64,000 nucleotides of DNA, from NCBI GenBank assembly GCA_965235115.1, contig OZ249436.1, positions 29,142,001 through 29,206,000 on the forward strand. The letters run 5' to 3'. The position numbers and the translations under genes were made by a program. This document shows, piece by piece, positions 14,101-24,196 of the stretch. Below the pieces are notes generated by a model that worked only from the letters and a program-made list of their open reading frames with translations, had not been told where the DNA came from and searched no databases. The DNA is from Laetmonice hystrix (Eukaryota). The first letter of the stretch is position 1; each line of letters begins with the position of its first letter.

Positions 14101-17100
14101 GTGGACAGCCCTCGTGGCCATGCATGTGAACAACACTGCCCACCGTTTACTATGGCCTCCAGTGCTGCGTGTCCGCCGAGTAGAAACGGTCCAGGGGCCA
14201 AACACATCTAGGCCGACATGGGTGAAGGGTGGTGAAGGCGTGGTCCTTTCTGGTGGGAGATCTGCCATGCGTTGTGTTGTGTGGACTGCTCGCAGCTTCC
14301 GGCAGGTCACACACTTGTTCAAGATGTCAGATATTAAACGTTTTCCTCCCACGATCCAGTAGCCCTGCGTGCGGACAGCTCCGGCCGTAATCTGACGTCC
14401 CTGGTGACGCACATTCTGATGCACGTTGCGCACAATCAAGGTTGCGATGTACTGGCGTTTGTGTAGTAGAATGGGGTGTTTCTCCTTGTCCTCTAGGTCT
14501 GAGAGATCAAGGCGGCCACCAACTCTCATGACTCCGTACTTGTCTAGAAAGGGGCTCAGTTTGTAGAGGGTGCTTCCCTGGGAAACTTTACCATAGCGTT
14601 GCAGATGTTGGATGTCTGACTTGAAGTCGTCCTGTTGTGCTGTCTTGATTATCAGTAACGCGGCACCTTCCATGGTCTCAACTAACCACTCGCTACGGGG
14701 ACTGACATGCAGCTGGTTGGGCGTAGTCTTGGAAGACTTGTAGAGACGAATAAAGTGCATCAGCATGGCGATGGCTTTCACGAGTGAGCTCCAGCTTGAG
14801 AAGCGAGTGAAACGTTTTGAACCAAGATGTTCCTCGGCCTGAGCTGTGACCGTTGCTGCAGTGCGAACTTCAGGGTCATCCTGTGGAGTCACATAGGGTA
14901 GGCTGGTGCACATGTTTACCTGTGAGGCATGCAGAAATCTGGGGCCTTGCAACCATGAAGAGTTCATCAATTCGTGTGCCTTGACGGAGCGTGTTGCCAG
15001 GTCTGCCGGATTGACATCCGTTGAGACGTAGTGCCACTGGGGGGGTGTGCTGGTTTTGCGAATACGTTGCACCCTATTCGCAACATAGACATAGAATCGT
15101 CTGGACTCGTTTTGTACGTAGCCCAGCACCACCTTGCTATCCGTGTAGTAGCTGACTGACGTAAGTTGTATGTCCAACTCGTCAAGAATGGTGTCCGCCA
15201 GTTCCACTGCTAGAACTGCTGCGCACAGTTCCATGCGGGGAATTGTTATGGGCTGAGCTGGTGACAGCTTAGCTTTCCCAGCCACAAACTGGACTGTGAC
15301 CCTGTCTTTGTCGTCGCATAGGCGTAGGTATCCACAGGCTGCGATTGCTTCTGTAGATGCGTCACAGAAGACATGTAGCTCACGATGAGAGTTGAGTGAC
15401 ATGGGATGTTTGCAGTAGGCTCGTGGAACGTAAACCTCGGAGAGGTCCACGAGAGAGGTGCACCACCTTTCCCAGCGCTCCCTGAACTTGTCCGGCAATG
15501 GCTCGTCCCAGTCGAGTGGCTTGCCATCTGGTCCAGCTGTCGTCATCTGGCGCAAGAGAATTTTTCCCTTGATGATCACCGGCGCGGCCAAGCCGAGAGG
15601 GTCGAAAATACCATTTACCAGGGATAGAACGCCTCGCCTTGTGTAGCATTTGTTGATGTCAGGCGCTTTGAAGACGATTTGATCGCTATGAAGATCCCAA
15701 TACACACCAAGTGAGCTCTGTATTGGAAGGGTGTCAGCACTAAGGTCCAGGCTCCGTAGGCTGGGTGCATGTTCAGACTGCGGAAAGTGCGACATTACTT
15801 CCATGCTGTTTGAGGCTATTTTGTGAAGATGAAGGTTGGCTGTTGCCAGCATCTCCCTGGTACGCGTCAGGAGATCTATGGCCTTTTCTGCTGTGGGAAG
15901 ACTTGTCAGCCCATCGTCGACATAGAAGTTGTGCTCCACAAACTGTCGTGCGTCCGCGCCGAACTTGCTTTCATTGAGCTCCGCGGTCTTGCGCAATCCA
16001 TAGGCTGCGATGGCAGGGCTTGGACGATTGCCAAAAACATGGACCTTCATACGGTGCTCACAAACCTCCTTATCAGGGTTGTTGTCCTTGAACCATAGGA
16101 ATCTTAGCCAGTCGCGATGGTCCTCTTGTACGTAGAAGCAGTAGAACATGTGTTCCACATCGGCCATGATCCCAACAGGCTCCTGGCGGAATCTGAGGAG
16201 TACTCCAAAGAGCGAGTTGTACATGTCTGGACCTGTAAGGAGTGCCTGGTTGAGTGATTTTCCATTCCAGGTGGCGCTGCTGTCAAAGACTATACGTAGG
16301 TCTTTAGGTTTGCGGGGGTGGAACACGCCAAAATGAGGAAGGTACCACCGAGGGCGAGACTCTCCAGTGTTGGAACCTGGTTTGATGGCTTCAGCATGAT
16401 CCCTTGCGAGCAGCTTGCCCATGCATTCCACATACCGCTGCTTCAGTGCTGGATTTTTATTGAAGAGCTTGCAAAGACACTTGAGACGATTCATTGCCAT
16501 GCACCTGTTGTTCTCCAGGGAGACGGTGTGTTTGAAGGGTAGAGGGGCGACCCAGTATCCTCTGTCATCCTTGACAAACACATCCCGCATGATTGTCATG
16601 AATTGTCGGTCCTCGTTCGACAGACCAGGTTTATCATCATTCTTTGTTTTGATGAACACATCTCGGCCTATGCTGTCTTCTGTTTTGCAGCTACTGTTAA
16701 TGTCTGGCAGAGTGCCGGATAGCGAGTGTGAGTCAGTGACAGCATCATCGCGTAGAAGGATGCGATTGGAACAAGGAGAACAGAGAGATGGTCTCCCATT
16801 GTCAACAATGTGGGTCCGGTAGACGTCGATTTTGTCAGGCTTGTGCATTCCCTTGAGGCAGATGTCCCCCACAATGACCCAGCCGAGATCAGTACGTTGT
16901 GCCCACGGAGCATTTGCTGGTCCATTACGCGACTCCCTAACTTTAAGAAGTTGTGGTGCATCCCTGCCGATGAGTAGCATGATTTCCGCCTCTGCGCGGT
17001 AAGGTGGGATTTTAGTTGCGATTGGGCGCATGTGACTGTAGATTTTAGCGACATCAGCAGTGGGAATCTCAGACCGGTTGCTAGGGATAACGTTACATTC

Positions 17101-20100
17101 TGTGATTGTCGGAAGCGGCAACTGCGTGGTGCCATCGATGGACTCAATGACCAGATCATTTATACGCCTCCCTAGTGCAGCACTTGAGCCCGCACATGTT
17201 CGCAGTTCATAAGGGATAGGCTCATTGTGACAGTTAAAGTAACTAAAGAGTTTACTGCTGGCGAGGGAACGGTTGGACTGGTCGTCCAGTACTGCATACA
17301 TGGTGAGGACTTTGGTTGGGTTTTTGGCACTGTAGACATTGACTAGACATATTTTGGAGCATGACCTGTTGCTAAACCCACTCTTGGCACAGATCTTGGT
17401 GCAATTGTTGACAATCTTCACTGGCTCCCCGCTGTAGACTTGGCGGGACCCAGATGCTTGAGTTTTACCTTGAGAGCATGGGTGAAGCACCGTGCAGTGC
17501 TCAGTACTGTGGCAGTCAGAACACTGTATGCGCTCGTTGCAGTCGGCAGTTACATGTTGAGTTGATGCTGTACACCTGTTGCAAATTCCCCACTGGGTGA
17601 GAAGTTGCATCCTGGTATCAATGGACTTTGCTTTAAAGGCTCTGCAGTCAGCTAGCAGGTGATTTTTAGTGTTATGGAGCATGCAAGCTTGCCTTGGGTC
17701 CATCAATGACTGCGTGCTGTGTGAACCGTACCTTTCCGGTTTCCTTTGTGAAGTGTCATTAGATGCACTGGGTCTCACGTTCGTCTTGTTGACCCGAACT
17801 GTACCATAGGTTGGTCGTGTGCCTCCAGTTGGACGATACACGTTGCTTGGAGCAAACCGGGGTGCTTTTGTTGTAATTGGAGTGATTTGCAGGCTCAGGT
17901 CATTCCAGATATTGGATAATCGTCTGAGAAAGGCTGCTAACTCAGAAAATGGGGGAAAGCTTCCTCTATACAACTCCTTATACTTGAAGGCTTCGGCCCT
18001 CCAATTGTCCACTACAGGCGGTGGAAGTTTGGCTACGATAGGTTTAATAAACTGAGGCGTATCCAACGCTGCAAGTCCACCAAGAGAACCATCATTTTTA
18101 GCTGCTTCCACTTCCTCGACTATGTCGCTAAATCTCTGCAAGCCTGGCCCATCCCGTGATGCCACAGTAGGTAGTTGCTCCAGCTTCCGGATGAGTGCTT
18201 GCGTTACAGCTTCATCACTACCGAAGCGCTGGTATAGACGTCCCCATGCTTCACTTAGACCTTTGTCCGGATTGGCTATGTATGCCCTACTAAGCCGCTT
18301 CACCATCTGTTGAGCCTCAGACCCCTCAGCCATGTGCTCAGCCATCAGATTTAACTGTTCATCTGAAGAGAGTGGAACATTTTTTATCATGTTGCAGAAG
18401 GATAATCTCCAAATCCTGAAGTCCTCTGCTTTGTCCTCAAATTTAAAGATTTTAGAAGATACCAAGTCTTGCCGTAGTAAATACTCGCCAAGGTTTTTCA
18501 TGGACGAAACCATAGCTGCACTTCCCTCGCCTTCCACTCGTTGCATTTCATGTGGGTAGGTGGGAGAGGAGAGATGTGGAGAGACACAGCCTGCAGTCTG
18601 CCGAGTGTAGGCCTGGTCAGCTGCTGTGCGTGGTTGATGACTGATCCCTGGTGCAGTCATGGGTGGCATAGTTGGTGACGTGGTGTTACCCTGACACGGC
18701 ATGTTTGAGACAGCTGGTTGCATTATAGATGGGTACGCAGATGATGAGAGACGTGGCGAAACTTGGCCTGTAGTCGGCTGAGTGCGAAACTGGTCAGCTG
18801 CTGGGTATGGTTGATGACCAATCCCTGGAGCAGTCATGGGTGGCATGGTCGGCGACATGGCGTTACCCTGACGTGGCATACTTGAGACAACTGAAGGTTG
18901 TGTTATAGGTGGGTACACAGATGATGAGAGACGTGGCGAGACGTGGCCTGCAGTCGGCTGAGTGCGAAACTGGTCAGCTGCTGGGTATGGTTGATGACCA
19001 ATCCCTGGTGCAGTCATGGGTGACATGGTTGGCGACATGGCGTTACCCTGACGTGGCATACTTGAGACAACTGAAGTTTGTGTGGTTGACATACCTGTGG
19101 CAAGTGACAACTTCTGTGGAGATTCATGACATGGGCTGTGATAATGCTCATTCATGGCTGCTGTGGTTGTGAAAACTTCATTATACTGGCTGGGTGCTGA
19201 CTGTCCCATGTCCAGGTCACCCATGTACACTGTGCCCTTTGTGGGTGAGACACCCGTCACTGAGTCTGAAACCTGTCGATCAGCAGGTAAGTCAATGTTT
19301 GGCGTACTGACCTTAATAGGTTGTCCCTGAGCTTCATCAGTACCTGAGAACATTAGGTCCACCTTTTCAGCCGGTGTAGGTAGCTGAGACACGGGCATGC
19401 ACTCATCGACGCCTCCACCTTCAAGGTCACAGAACGCTTCCTCGATAGCCCGGAGCCGTGCGTCTGCTACCGCCGCTTCTTCCTCGAGATGTAACCGCTC
19501 GACCTCTAACTGGCGTGCCGTGGCTTCCAGTTGAGCCTGAGCCAACCTACCTCCGCTGGCTGCTCTAGTTTTGGCTTCCGCAGCCTTAGCTCGAGCTTCC
19601 GCTATGACAGTTGATGACTGTGATGAGCTGGATGAGCCGGTATGCGACCGTGAACAGCGAGATGCTGACATCGTTCCGGGCGATAATGGGTGTGGTTAGC
19701 TGTGCTACACGTGGTATTCACGTGGTTGGATTGTCGGCGCTCGACTCGGCGATGTTTGCTAGGTTTTTTACTGTACTGGAACCCCCAATCGGGAATCGGG
19801 GACATCCCAGGCAGTTACCACAAGAAGTTCTTTCAAAGTTTGAACATACCGTCGTTTGTATTTTCGTTTCTTTTACATTGCAACTCCTCGCATCGAGGTA
19901 AAAAACCATCAGCTTTCGCCGGTCGTGCGGATGACCCGTTCTCTCGCGAGATCTCCTCCCGAGATCAGACTGTGGTGTCGCGGTATATTTAGACTTACTA
20001 AAACTAAACCAAGTCTCTCAGTTGGTTCCAGAACAGACACCAAGATTTATGACGTATGACATAAACAGCACCACGTGGCGGATGGTTTTCCAGCCGGGGT

Positions 20101-21875
20101 ATTTTTTCATAGTCGGAGTGACTGGTATACTGGTGGCTGGGGTTATGGGTTAATCTGACGTGTAGTTTCATCAATTTCTTCAAAATGATTTTTTTTATAA
20201 TACTTAGGGATGTGTATTACGATTCATATCATGCCCCCCTCCACACACACACCCACACACACACGAATCCGTGATACCCGGAATTCTATGGTGAATTGTT
20301 CCGCCCCTAATTACCAAGGCATATGTTACATTGTCTCAATTTACTTGTGGTGAGATATAGATTTTCCGAAAAGGTGACTAGAGAGCAGTGCTTCCAACAG
20401 AATAAACACTGGTTTATCAAACTTTTCACATGGTGACAATCTATGACAGTTATTCTGGTGACATTACTTTTCAGATAGAAATGTATGATGCAGCCATTAA
20501 GTCATGTGAGAGTGTTCTGAGTGTTCAAGCAGACAATGTTAAGGCTCTGTTCCGTAAGGGCAAGTGTCTGGCAGCCAGAGGTGATACACAGGATGCAATC
20601 TCATCCATGAAAAAGGCCCTAACACAAGATCCAGCGAGCAAGGTATGTCGTAGCGAACGAGACTGGTTGGATTTATTTTTCTTGAGCTCAGGATAGCAAA
20701 TATAGAACTTTGCAGTTGTTTTTTTTAAGATTTCGTACTGATCATATATGTCATACTTTGTTATAAGTCTTTATAAATCGTACTCTTTCATTTTAGTAAA
20801 TAATCCCATTTGAGCTAGTACAATTCTAACATGACCTGTTTAATGTGCTTCTCTTTTCTTGAGTCACGTAAAAGGGGGGAATTATTGTCTGGCTAGGCTG
20901 GCAAGCCCCGATTTAGCATGTTCCTTATGATCTCTGCTTGTCGGCTTTGTAGTTCTTTCCCTTAACGTTGACTGTGTGAAATTTATGGTGGTAAAAAGAA
21001 AGATAGGATCTGTTAATAATATTTACTTACCATCGTTTTTCAAGGTTTCTAGTGGAAATGAAAAAAACTGATGTTTTGTTATTGATTATGCATATATCTT
21101 TTTTTCTCTCTCTCTCTCTCTCTCCGTCATTTTAATGACAAAGATTATCCACAATGAGCTTTCTCGGTTGACCAACAAGCACAAGACACAGGAGAAGAAG
21201 GTCCGTGCCCTGTACCAGCGCATGATGGGCCAAGATACAAACTCGGCAAAAAACAAGGCAGCCGAGAAACAGGTACAGTGAGCCCTCAGGTCTGACTGAG
21301 AGAAAAGAGAAATGATACACTTGTGTCACGATTTCAAAGTATCATGCTACATGACAAATGATACGTAACACAATATTTCTCAATGAAACTAAAAACGTAC
21401 TATGCTGAAAATGAATAGGAATAAAATGCATCGGTTTAAATTTCAAACATTTTAATAGCTGAGAGGTGGCAAGCAGTACCTTATATCCTTATAGCCTTCA
21501 GGTTTTTCTTCAAGAATAATTAAGTTTGTCAAGATGTAATTCAGTTATGGAAATCCTTTTCATCCAGATTAGCAAAAATGGAAAAATTTGAAAATTTCAT
21601 AGAAATCTTAGAAATCCACATCCTGGAATTCAGATACACGTACTTTTATTCAGTCATGGTCTCATTCTGTGTCATCTCCGGACTTCTACAGTGGTCCTGT
21701 GCAGTAGGGCTTAGTCGCGAAAAAGTCATGAAATGACTCTTGTAATAACCATGGCAAACGTATAAGTCTCTTTGTGTATTTTCAGGTACCCTCCTGGGTG
21801 TGGGTTACTGGTACAGCTGGTGCTGCTGTTCTGCTGTCAATGGGGATTGCTGCATACCGATACCTTCATGTTTAA
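8198..21875 (+). CDS. FKBP8: Peptidyl-prolyl isomerase FKBP8/FKBP38-like (FKBP domain + TPR + C-terminal membrane anchor), 9 coding exons, ~390 aa
   Basis: Exons 8198-8434, 9540-9687, 10001-10088, 10614-10733, 11259-11333, 12112-12229, 20475-20642, 21144-21272 and 21786-21875. All introns are GT-AG and phases are consistent (1173 nt). FKBP motifs: EWMDVLGNGKLLKKVL, FTLGDGDVIQAFD, YAYG. TPR motifs: KRERGN, KCYNNLAAAQLK, DNVKALFRKGK. The protein then has LYQRMM and a hydrophobic tail WVWVTGTAGAAVLLSMGIAAYRY. Confidence 0.93.
8675..9239. mobile_element. MITE with ~50-bp terminal inverted repeats (PIF/Harbinger-like ends)
   Basis: AGGCCTCCACACACTTGGGCAGTTCACGC.GCGATTTGACGTCGCGTGAAACGC at 8675-8728 has its reverse complement at ~9186-9239. 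The TSD is not clean. Confidence 0.75.
10423..10585. mobile_element. Short piggyBac-like MITE remnant
   Basis: Imperfect TIRs: TTAA|CCACTTGCCGGCAGGA at the left and TCTTCCGGGAAGTGG|TTAC at the right. Confidence 0.45.
12861..13124 (-). repeat. 3' LTR of BEL/Pao element
   Basis: Direct repeat of 19772-20035; I saw no differences by eye. Confidence 0.95.
13291..19671 (-). CDS. BEL/Pao Gag-Pol polyprotein (Gag with Cys/His knuckles, aspartic protease, RT, RNase H, integrase), 2126 aa
   Basis: Uninterrupted ORF with three Gag Cys/His clusters and protease YAVLDDQSNRS. RT motifs are WYLPHFGV, RIVFD and FYVDDGL. Pao RNase H motifs are LHVFCDAS, TIPRMEL and NPADLATR. Integrase motifs are HHCC, GLDVFGP, SDCGTNF and GGAWERLI. 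Confidence 0.97.
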   Translation of the reverse strand: MSASRCSRSHTGSSSSSQSSTVIAEARAKAAEAKTRAASGGRLAQAQLEATARQLEVERLHLEEEAAVADARLRAIEEAFCDLEGGGVDECMPVSQLPTPAEKVDLMFSGTDEAQGQPIKVSTPNIDLPADRQVSDSVTGVSPTKGTVYMGDLDMGQSAPSQYNEVFTTTAAMNEHYHSPCHESPQKLSLATGMSTTQTSVVSSMPRQGNAMSPTMSPMTAPGIGHQPYPAADQFRTQPTAGHVSPRLSSSVYPPITQPSVVSSMPRQGNAMSPTMPPMTAPGIGHQPYPAADQFRTQPTTGQVSPRLSSSAYPSIMQPAVSNMPCQGNTTSPTMPPMTAPGISHQPRTAADQAYTRQTAGCVSPHLSSPTYPHEMQRVEGEGSAAMVSSMKNLGEYLLRQDLVSSKIFKFEDKAEDFRIWRLSFCNMIKNVPLSSDEQLNLMAEHMAEGSEAQQMVKRLSRAYIANPDKGLSEAWGRLYQRFGSDEAVTQALIRKLEQLPTVASRDGPGLQRFSDIVEEVEAAKNDGSLGGLAALDTPQFIKPIVAKLPPPVVDNWRAEAFKYKELYRGSFPPFSELAAFLRRLSNIWNDLSLQITPITTKAPRFAPSNVYRPTGGTRPTYGTVRVNKTNVRPSASNDTSQRKPERYGSHSTQSLMDPRQACMLHNTKNHLLADCRAFKAKSIDTRMQLLTQWGICNRCTASTQHVTADCNERIQCSDCHSTEHCTVLHPCSQGKTQASGSRQVYSGEPVKIVNNCTKICAKSGFSNRSCSKICLVNVYSAKNPTKVLTMYAVLDDQSNRSLASSKLFSYFNCHNEPIPYELRTCAGSSAALGRRINDLVIESIDGTTQLPLPTITECNVIPSNRSEIPTADVAKIYSHMRPIATKIPPYRAEAEIMLLIGRDAPQLLKVRESRNGPANAPWAQRTDLGWVIVGDICLKGMHKPDKIDVYRTHIVDNGRPSLCSPCSNRILLRDDAVTDSHSLSGTLPDINSSCKTEDSIGRDVFIKTKNDDKPGLSNEDRQFMTIMRDVFVKDDRGYWVAPLPFKHTVSLENNRCMAMNRLKCLCKLFNKNPALKQRYVECMGKLLARDHAEAIKPGSNTGESRPRWYLPHFGVFHPRKPKDLRIVFDSSATWNGKSLNQALLTGPDMYNSLFGVLLRFRQEPVGIMADVEHMFYCFYVQEDHRDWLRFLWFKDNNPDKEVCEHRMKVHVFGNRPSPAIAAYGLRKTAELNESKFGADARQFVEHNFYVDDGLTSLPTAEKAIDLLTRTREMLATANLHLHKIASNSMEVMSHFPQSEHAPSLRSLDLSADTLPIQSSLGVYWDLHSDQIVFKAPDINKCYTRRGVLSLVNGIFDPLGLAAPVIIKGKILLRQMTTAGPDGKPLDWDEPLPDKFRERWERWCTSLVDLSEVYVPRAYCKHPMSLNSHRELHVFCDASTEAIAACGYLRLCDDKDRVTVQFVAGKAKLSPAQPITIPRMELCAAVLAVELADTILDELDIQLTSVSYYTDSKVVLGYVQNESRRFYVYVANRVQRIRKTSTPPQWHYVSTDVNPADLATRSVKAHELMNSSWLQGPRFLHASQVNMCTSLPYVTPQDDPEVRTAATVTAQAEEHLGSKRFTRFSSWSSLVKAIAMLMHFIRLYKSSKTTPNQLHVSPRSEWLVETMEGAALLIIKTAQQDDFKSDIQHLQRYGKVSQGSTLYKLSPFLDKYGVMRVGGRLDLSDLEDKEKHPILLHKRQYIATLIVRNVHQNVRHQGRQITAGAVRTQGYWIVGGKRLISDILNKCVTCRKLRAVHTTQRMADLPPERTTPSPPFTHVGLDVFGPWTVSTRRTRSTGGHSKRWAVLFTCMATRAVHIELIEELTTSSFLNALRRFMAIRGQVKCCYSDCGTNFIGASRELNEALREMDKTTLETYLTQNSMQWKFNVPHASHMGGAWERLIGVSRRILDSILRETKVPLTHELLSTFMAEVSAIINCRPLVAVSSDPDSPEVLSPAAILTMKSSPIGPPPGDFTHAANACGRQWRRVQHLAQLFWSRWRKEYLPTLQPRKRWQAHQRNLQVGDLVLLKDTTHRNDWPYARVIETLPSSDKQVRKVRVQTARDGVKRVYARPVTELVLLLQNEDLH
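18541..19080 (-). repeat. Three ~180-bp (60-codon) tandem repeats inside the Gag N-terminal region
   Basis: SSMPRQGNAMSPTM.PMTAPGIGHQPYPAADQFRTQPT.G.VSPRLSSS.YP occurs twice almost exactly, plus a third diverged copy. Confidence 0.9.
19772..20035 (-). repeat. 5' LTR of BEL/Pao element
   Basis: Direct repeat of 12861-13124. Confidence 0.95.
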
Positions 21876-21976
21876 GGGTTCATCGGCTTTAAACTGTGGG
21901 GATTCGTGGACCAGTCTCACAACCTTTGTCCTGCATGAAGGCACATGATCACTTCATTAGATAATATTGATTAATA

Positions 21977-22483
21977 CAGTAAAACTTGCATAAGTAGGAT
22001 TCAAGTGGACCAAGCGATTTTATCTGAGTTAGCCGAGAATCCCACTTATCTGATCATCATTTTTGGATCTTTATAGGAACTATGGTAGATGAGTAGTAGA
22101 AGTCATTAAAACAAACGTTATTTGAGCCCAAGATCAACACTGGATAATGACAACGTCTAGTCAAAACTAAACAGAGAAGTGGTCCACAGCGGCATGATTT
22201 AGTCGGCGTTCAACTTACGGGGAAGTCTCGTACTTTGTGCGCCATTCTGGGGAAACCCCTTCTAAATGTGCTGCCGCTCCGACTTAGGGGAGGTAAAACA
22301 AGGGAATTTGGCTGAAATGTCCGAAGCATTTTCTCCGAGGTGAGCAAAGATCCGACTTAAAAAATCTGACTTATGCATAGATTTTCACAGAGTAAAACAT
22401 TAGAAGTCATCCGTACCACGGAACTTTGTCCGAGATGAGCAAAGATCCGATTTATGCGCGTCCGACTTATGCGAGTTTTACTG
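21977..22483. mobile_element. Tc1/mariner (pogo/Tigger-like) MITE downstream of the FKBP8 stop
   Basis: TA|CAGTAAAACTTGCATAAGT at the left and ACTTATGCGAGTTTTACTG|TA at the right, with a TA TSD. Confidence 0.8.
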
Positions 22484-23790
22484 TATCTTGAATAACAATG
22501 CAGTAAGAATGTTTTTTGACAAGAAGATGCCAAACATACCTGAACATGGGCATCTACTTGAGACATATAGACGGGTGTCGTGCCGATTTTCCTATACATG
22601 TTTTGTACTGTATATTATATTGCGTTTTTTAAGTTAAAAGTACAGATGAAAAATCTTTTTGGTCTGGGGACAATTATCATAAATTATTTAAATCAACATA
22701 CCCCAAAGTTTACCAGCCATTTATGAAGAGGCAAACAGATACCAGAGTACTGCAGGACCTCATAAAATAGGTCAGTGTTTTAGGACGGATCGCGTTCCCC
22801 GATTCCACCTCCACTGAGGAAAAAACGGTATATACAAATAGAGTACAAATAACAGCAGCTCAATCAGTATCCCACTCTCTTATTCTTGAAGCTCATTGAC
22901 CCCCTCAGGAAACTGAAAGGTAGTGTCCATGGAAAATAACAGGAATTTAGAGGTTTTTTAAATATTGATTTGTTATTTGGTATTTTAAAAACAATGCAAT
23001 TCTTACTGCAATCAGCCTACACAATGGTATTACGTGCCTTTAACAAATGTCGCACTGAATTTGTGTACGTCTTTAAGATGTGAATGACAGTAATCCTGTG
23101 TTTTGCGTAGAAACTTGGTGGCAGTAATGAAACGGAAGGAATGACAGCAATTGGTCTGGTGTCTGCAGGCTCAGGCAATGTTAAACCAAGTGTATTATTA
23201 AATAGAATTATCTTCTTTATATTTGTTGTTCCTTTGACCCAAATTATTAACTGTCGTGGACTTGAGTTAAGTGGCAAACGTTATACAATCCTTGCAGAAA
23301 AATCAATTCTGTTGCGAGAGGGGTTGTAAACCAGCACTACCCCTTGTGCATGGAATTTACATTAAATCTGTAGTGTTTAGAATGTTTTCAAAATGTAGAG
23401 CAGACTTTGCGTTGGGTTGACTTTTACTTACAGATGCAGTTAGGGTATTTTCAGTCACTGCCACTCGGTGCAATCTATGTATAAGCCTGACATTTCATCT
23501 TGGAGACGTCAAGTCGATGTTAAGGTACATGTGTACGTACATGTAATTGGAGACAGAGATTATGTGTGACTTGCAGGAATGGGGTTGTGTGTCAGATAAT
23601 ATTGATTATTGTAGTTTGGTTAATGAAAGATTTGGTATGAAATTCATTGGCAGGGCAAATGTACGGTTAGTATGAAATTTGGGAATTATTGTTACGCAGT
23701 GCATATAAATGAGAAAACATGAAAGTACTCTACTTTATGTGGTGAGATCATCAAGGTACATCTTATAGTGCCTACTTGTATCCCATTGAA

Positions 23791-23803
23791 CCACTAGGTG
23801 GCT
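23791..23803 (+). promoter_or_regulatory. CTCF-like motif
   Basis: CCACTAGGTGGCT matches the CCASYAGRKGGC core. Confidence 0.4.
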
Positions 23804-24196
23804 ATATTCCAGTAGCGACATTCCTCATCCCATCATCATGGTCATTGATAGAAATTTCACGAGACAAACGGAGAACTAGCAATCATGCATCAAGTTTACT
23901 GATAATGTAAATAGGACTAATAATAATGGTTATTTGTAGAGTGAATGATTGTGTGCTCGAGTGTCACCTTTTGTAACAACATTGTTTGAATTTCACTGTT
24001 AATGGCTCGAAAAATGCGCTGGCTAGCCAAAAAGGCCAGTGCGAAAATTGTCTTGGGGTATATAGCCCATCATCATCATAGTTCTATGGAATTAAATCAT
24101 TCAATCAAGCTGCATGTGTCGGATGCACTTTTTTCAGTTCTAGGGTACGTTACCATGAATTTTCTACCTGTATTGTATTGGAATGAACTTGATTTA

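Larger units (their letters stand above)
12861..20035 (-). mobile_element. Full-length BEL/Pao LTR retrotransposon in an FKBP8 intron (antisense to host)
   Basis: Two 264-bp LTRs with TG...CA ends. A 5-bp TSD, GACAC, lies at 12856-12860 and 20036-20040. There is a single long gag-pol ORF and a PPT-like GGCGAGGAG next to the 3' LTR. Confidence 0.97.
12301..20309. mobile_element. hAT-type non-autonomous element split by nested insertions
   Basis: TIRs are TAGGGGCGGAACGAT (12301) and ATTGTTCCGCCCCTA (ends 20309). The 8-bp flanks ATTGCCAA and ATTACCAA differ at one position. Confidence 0.7.

Noticed and set aside
12777..20059. Short ORFs in the LTRs and antisense or alternate-frame ORFs over gag-pol
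   Set aside because: They are duplicated only because the LTRs are duplicated, or they are shadow frames with no recognisable motifs.
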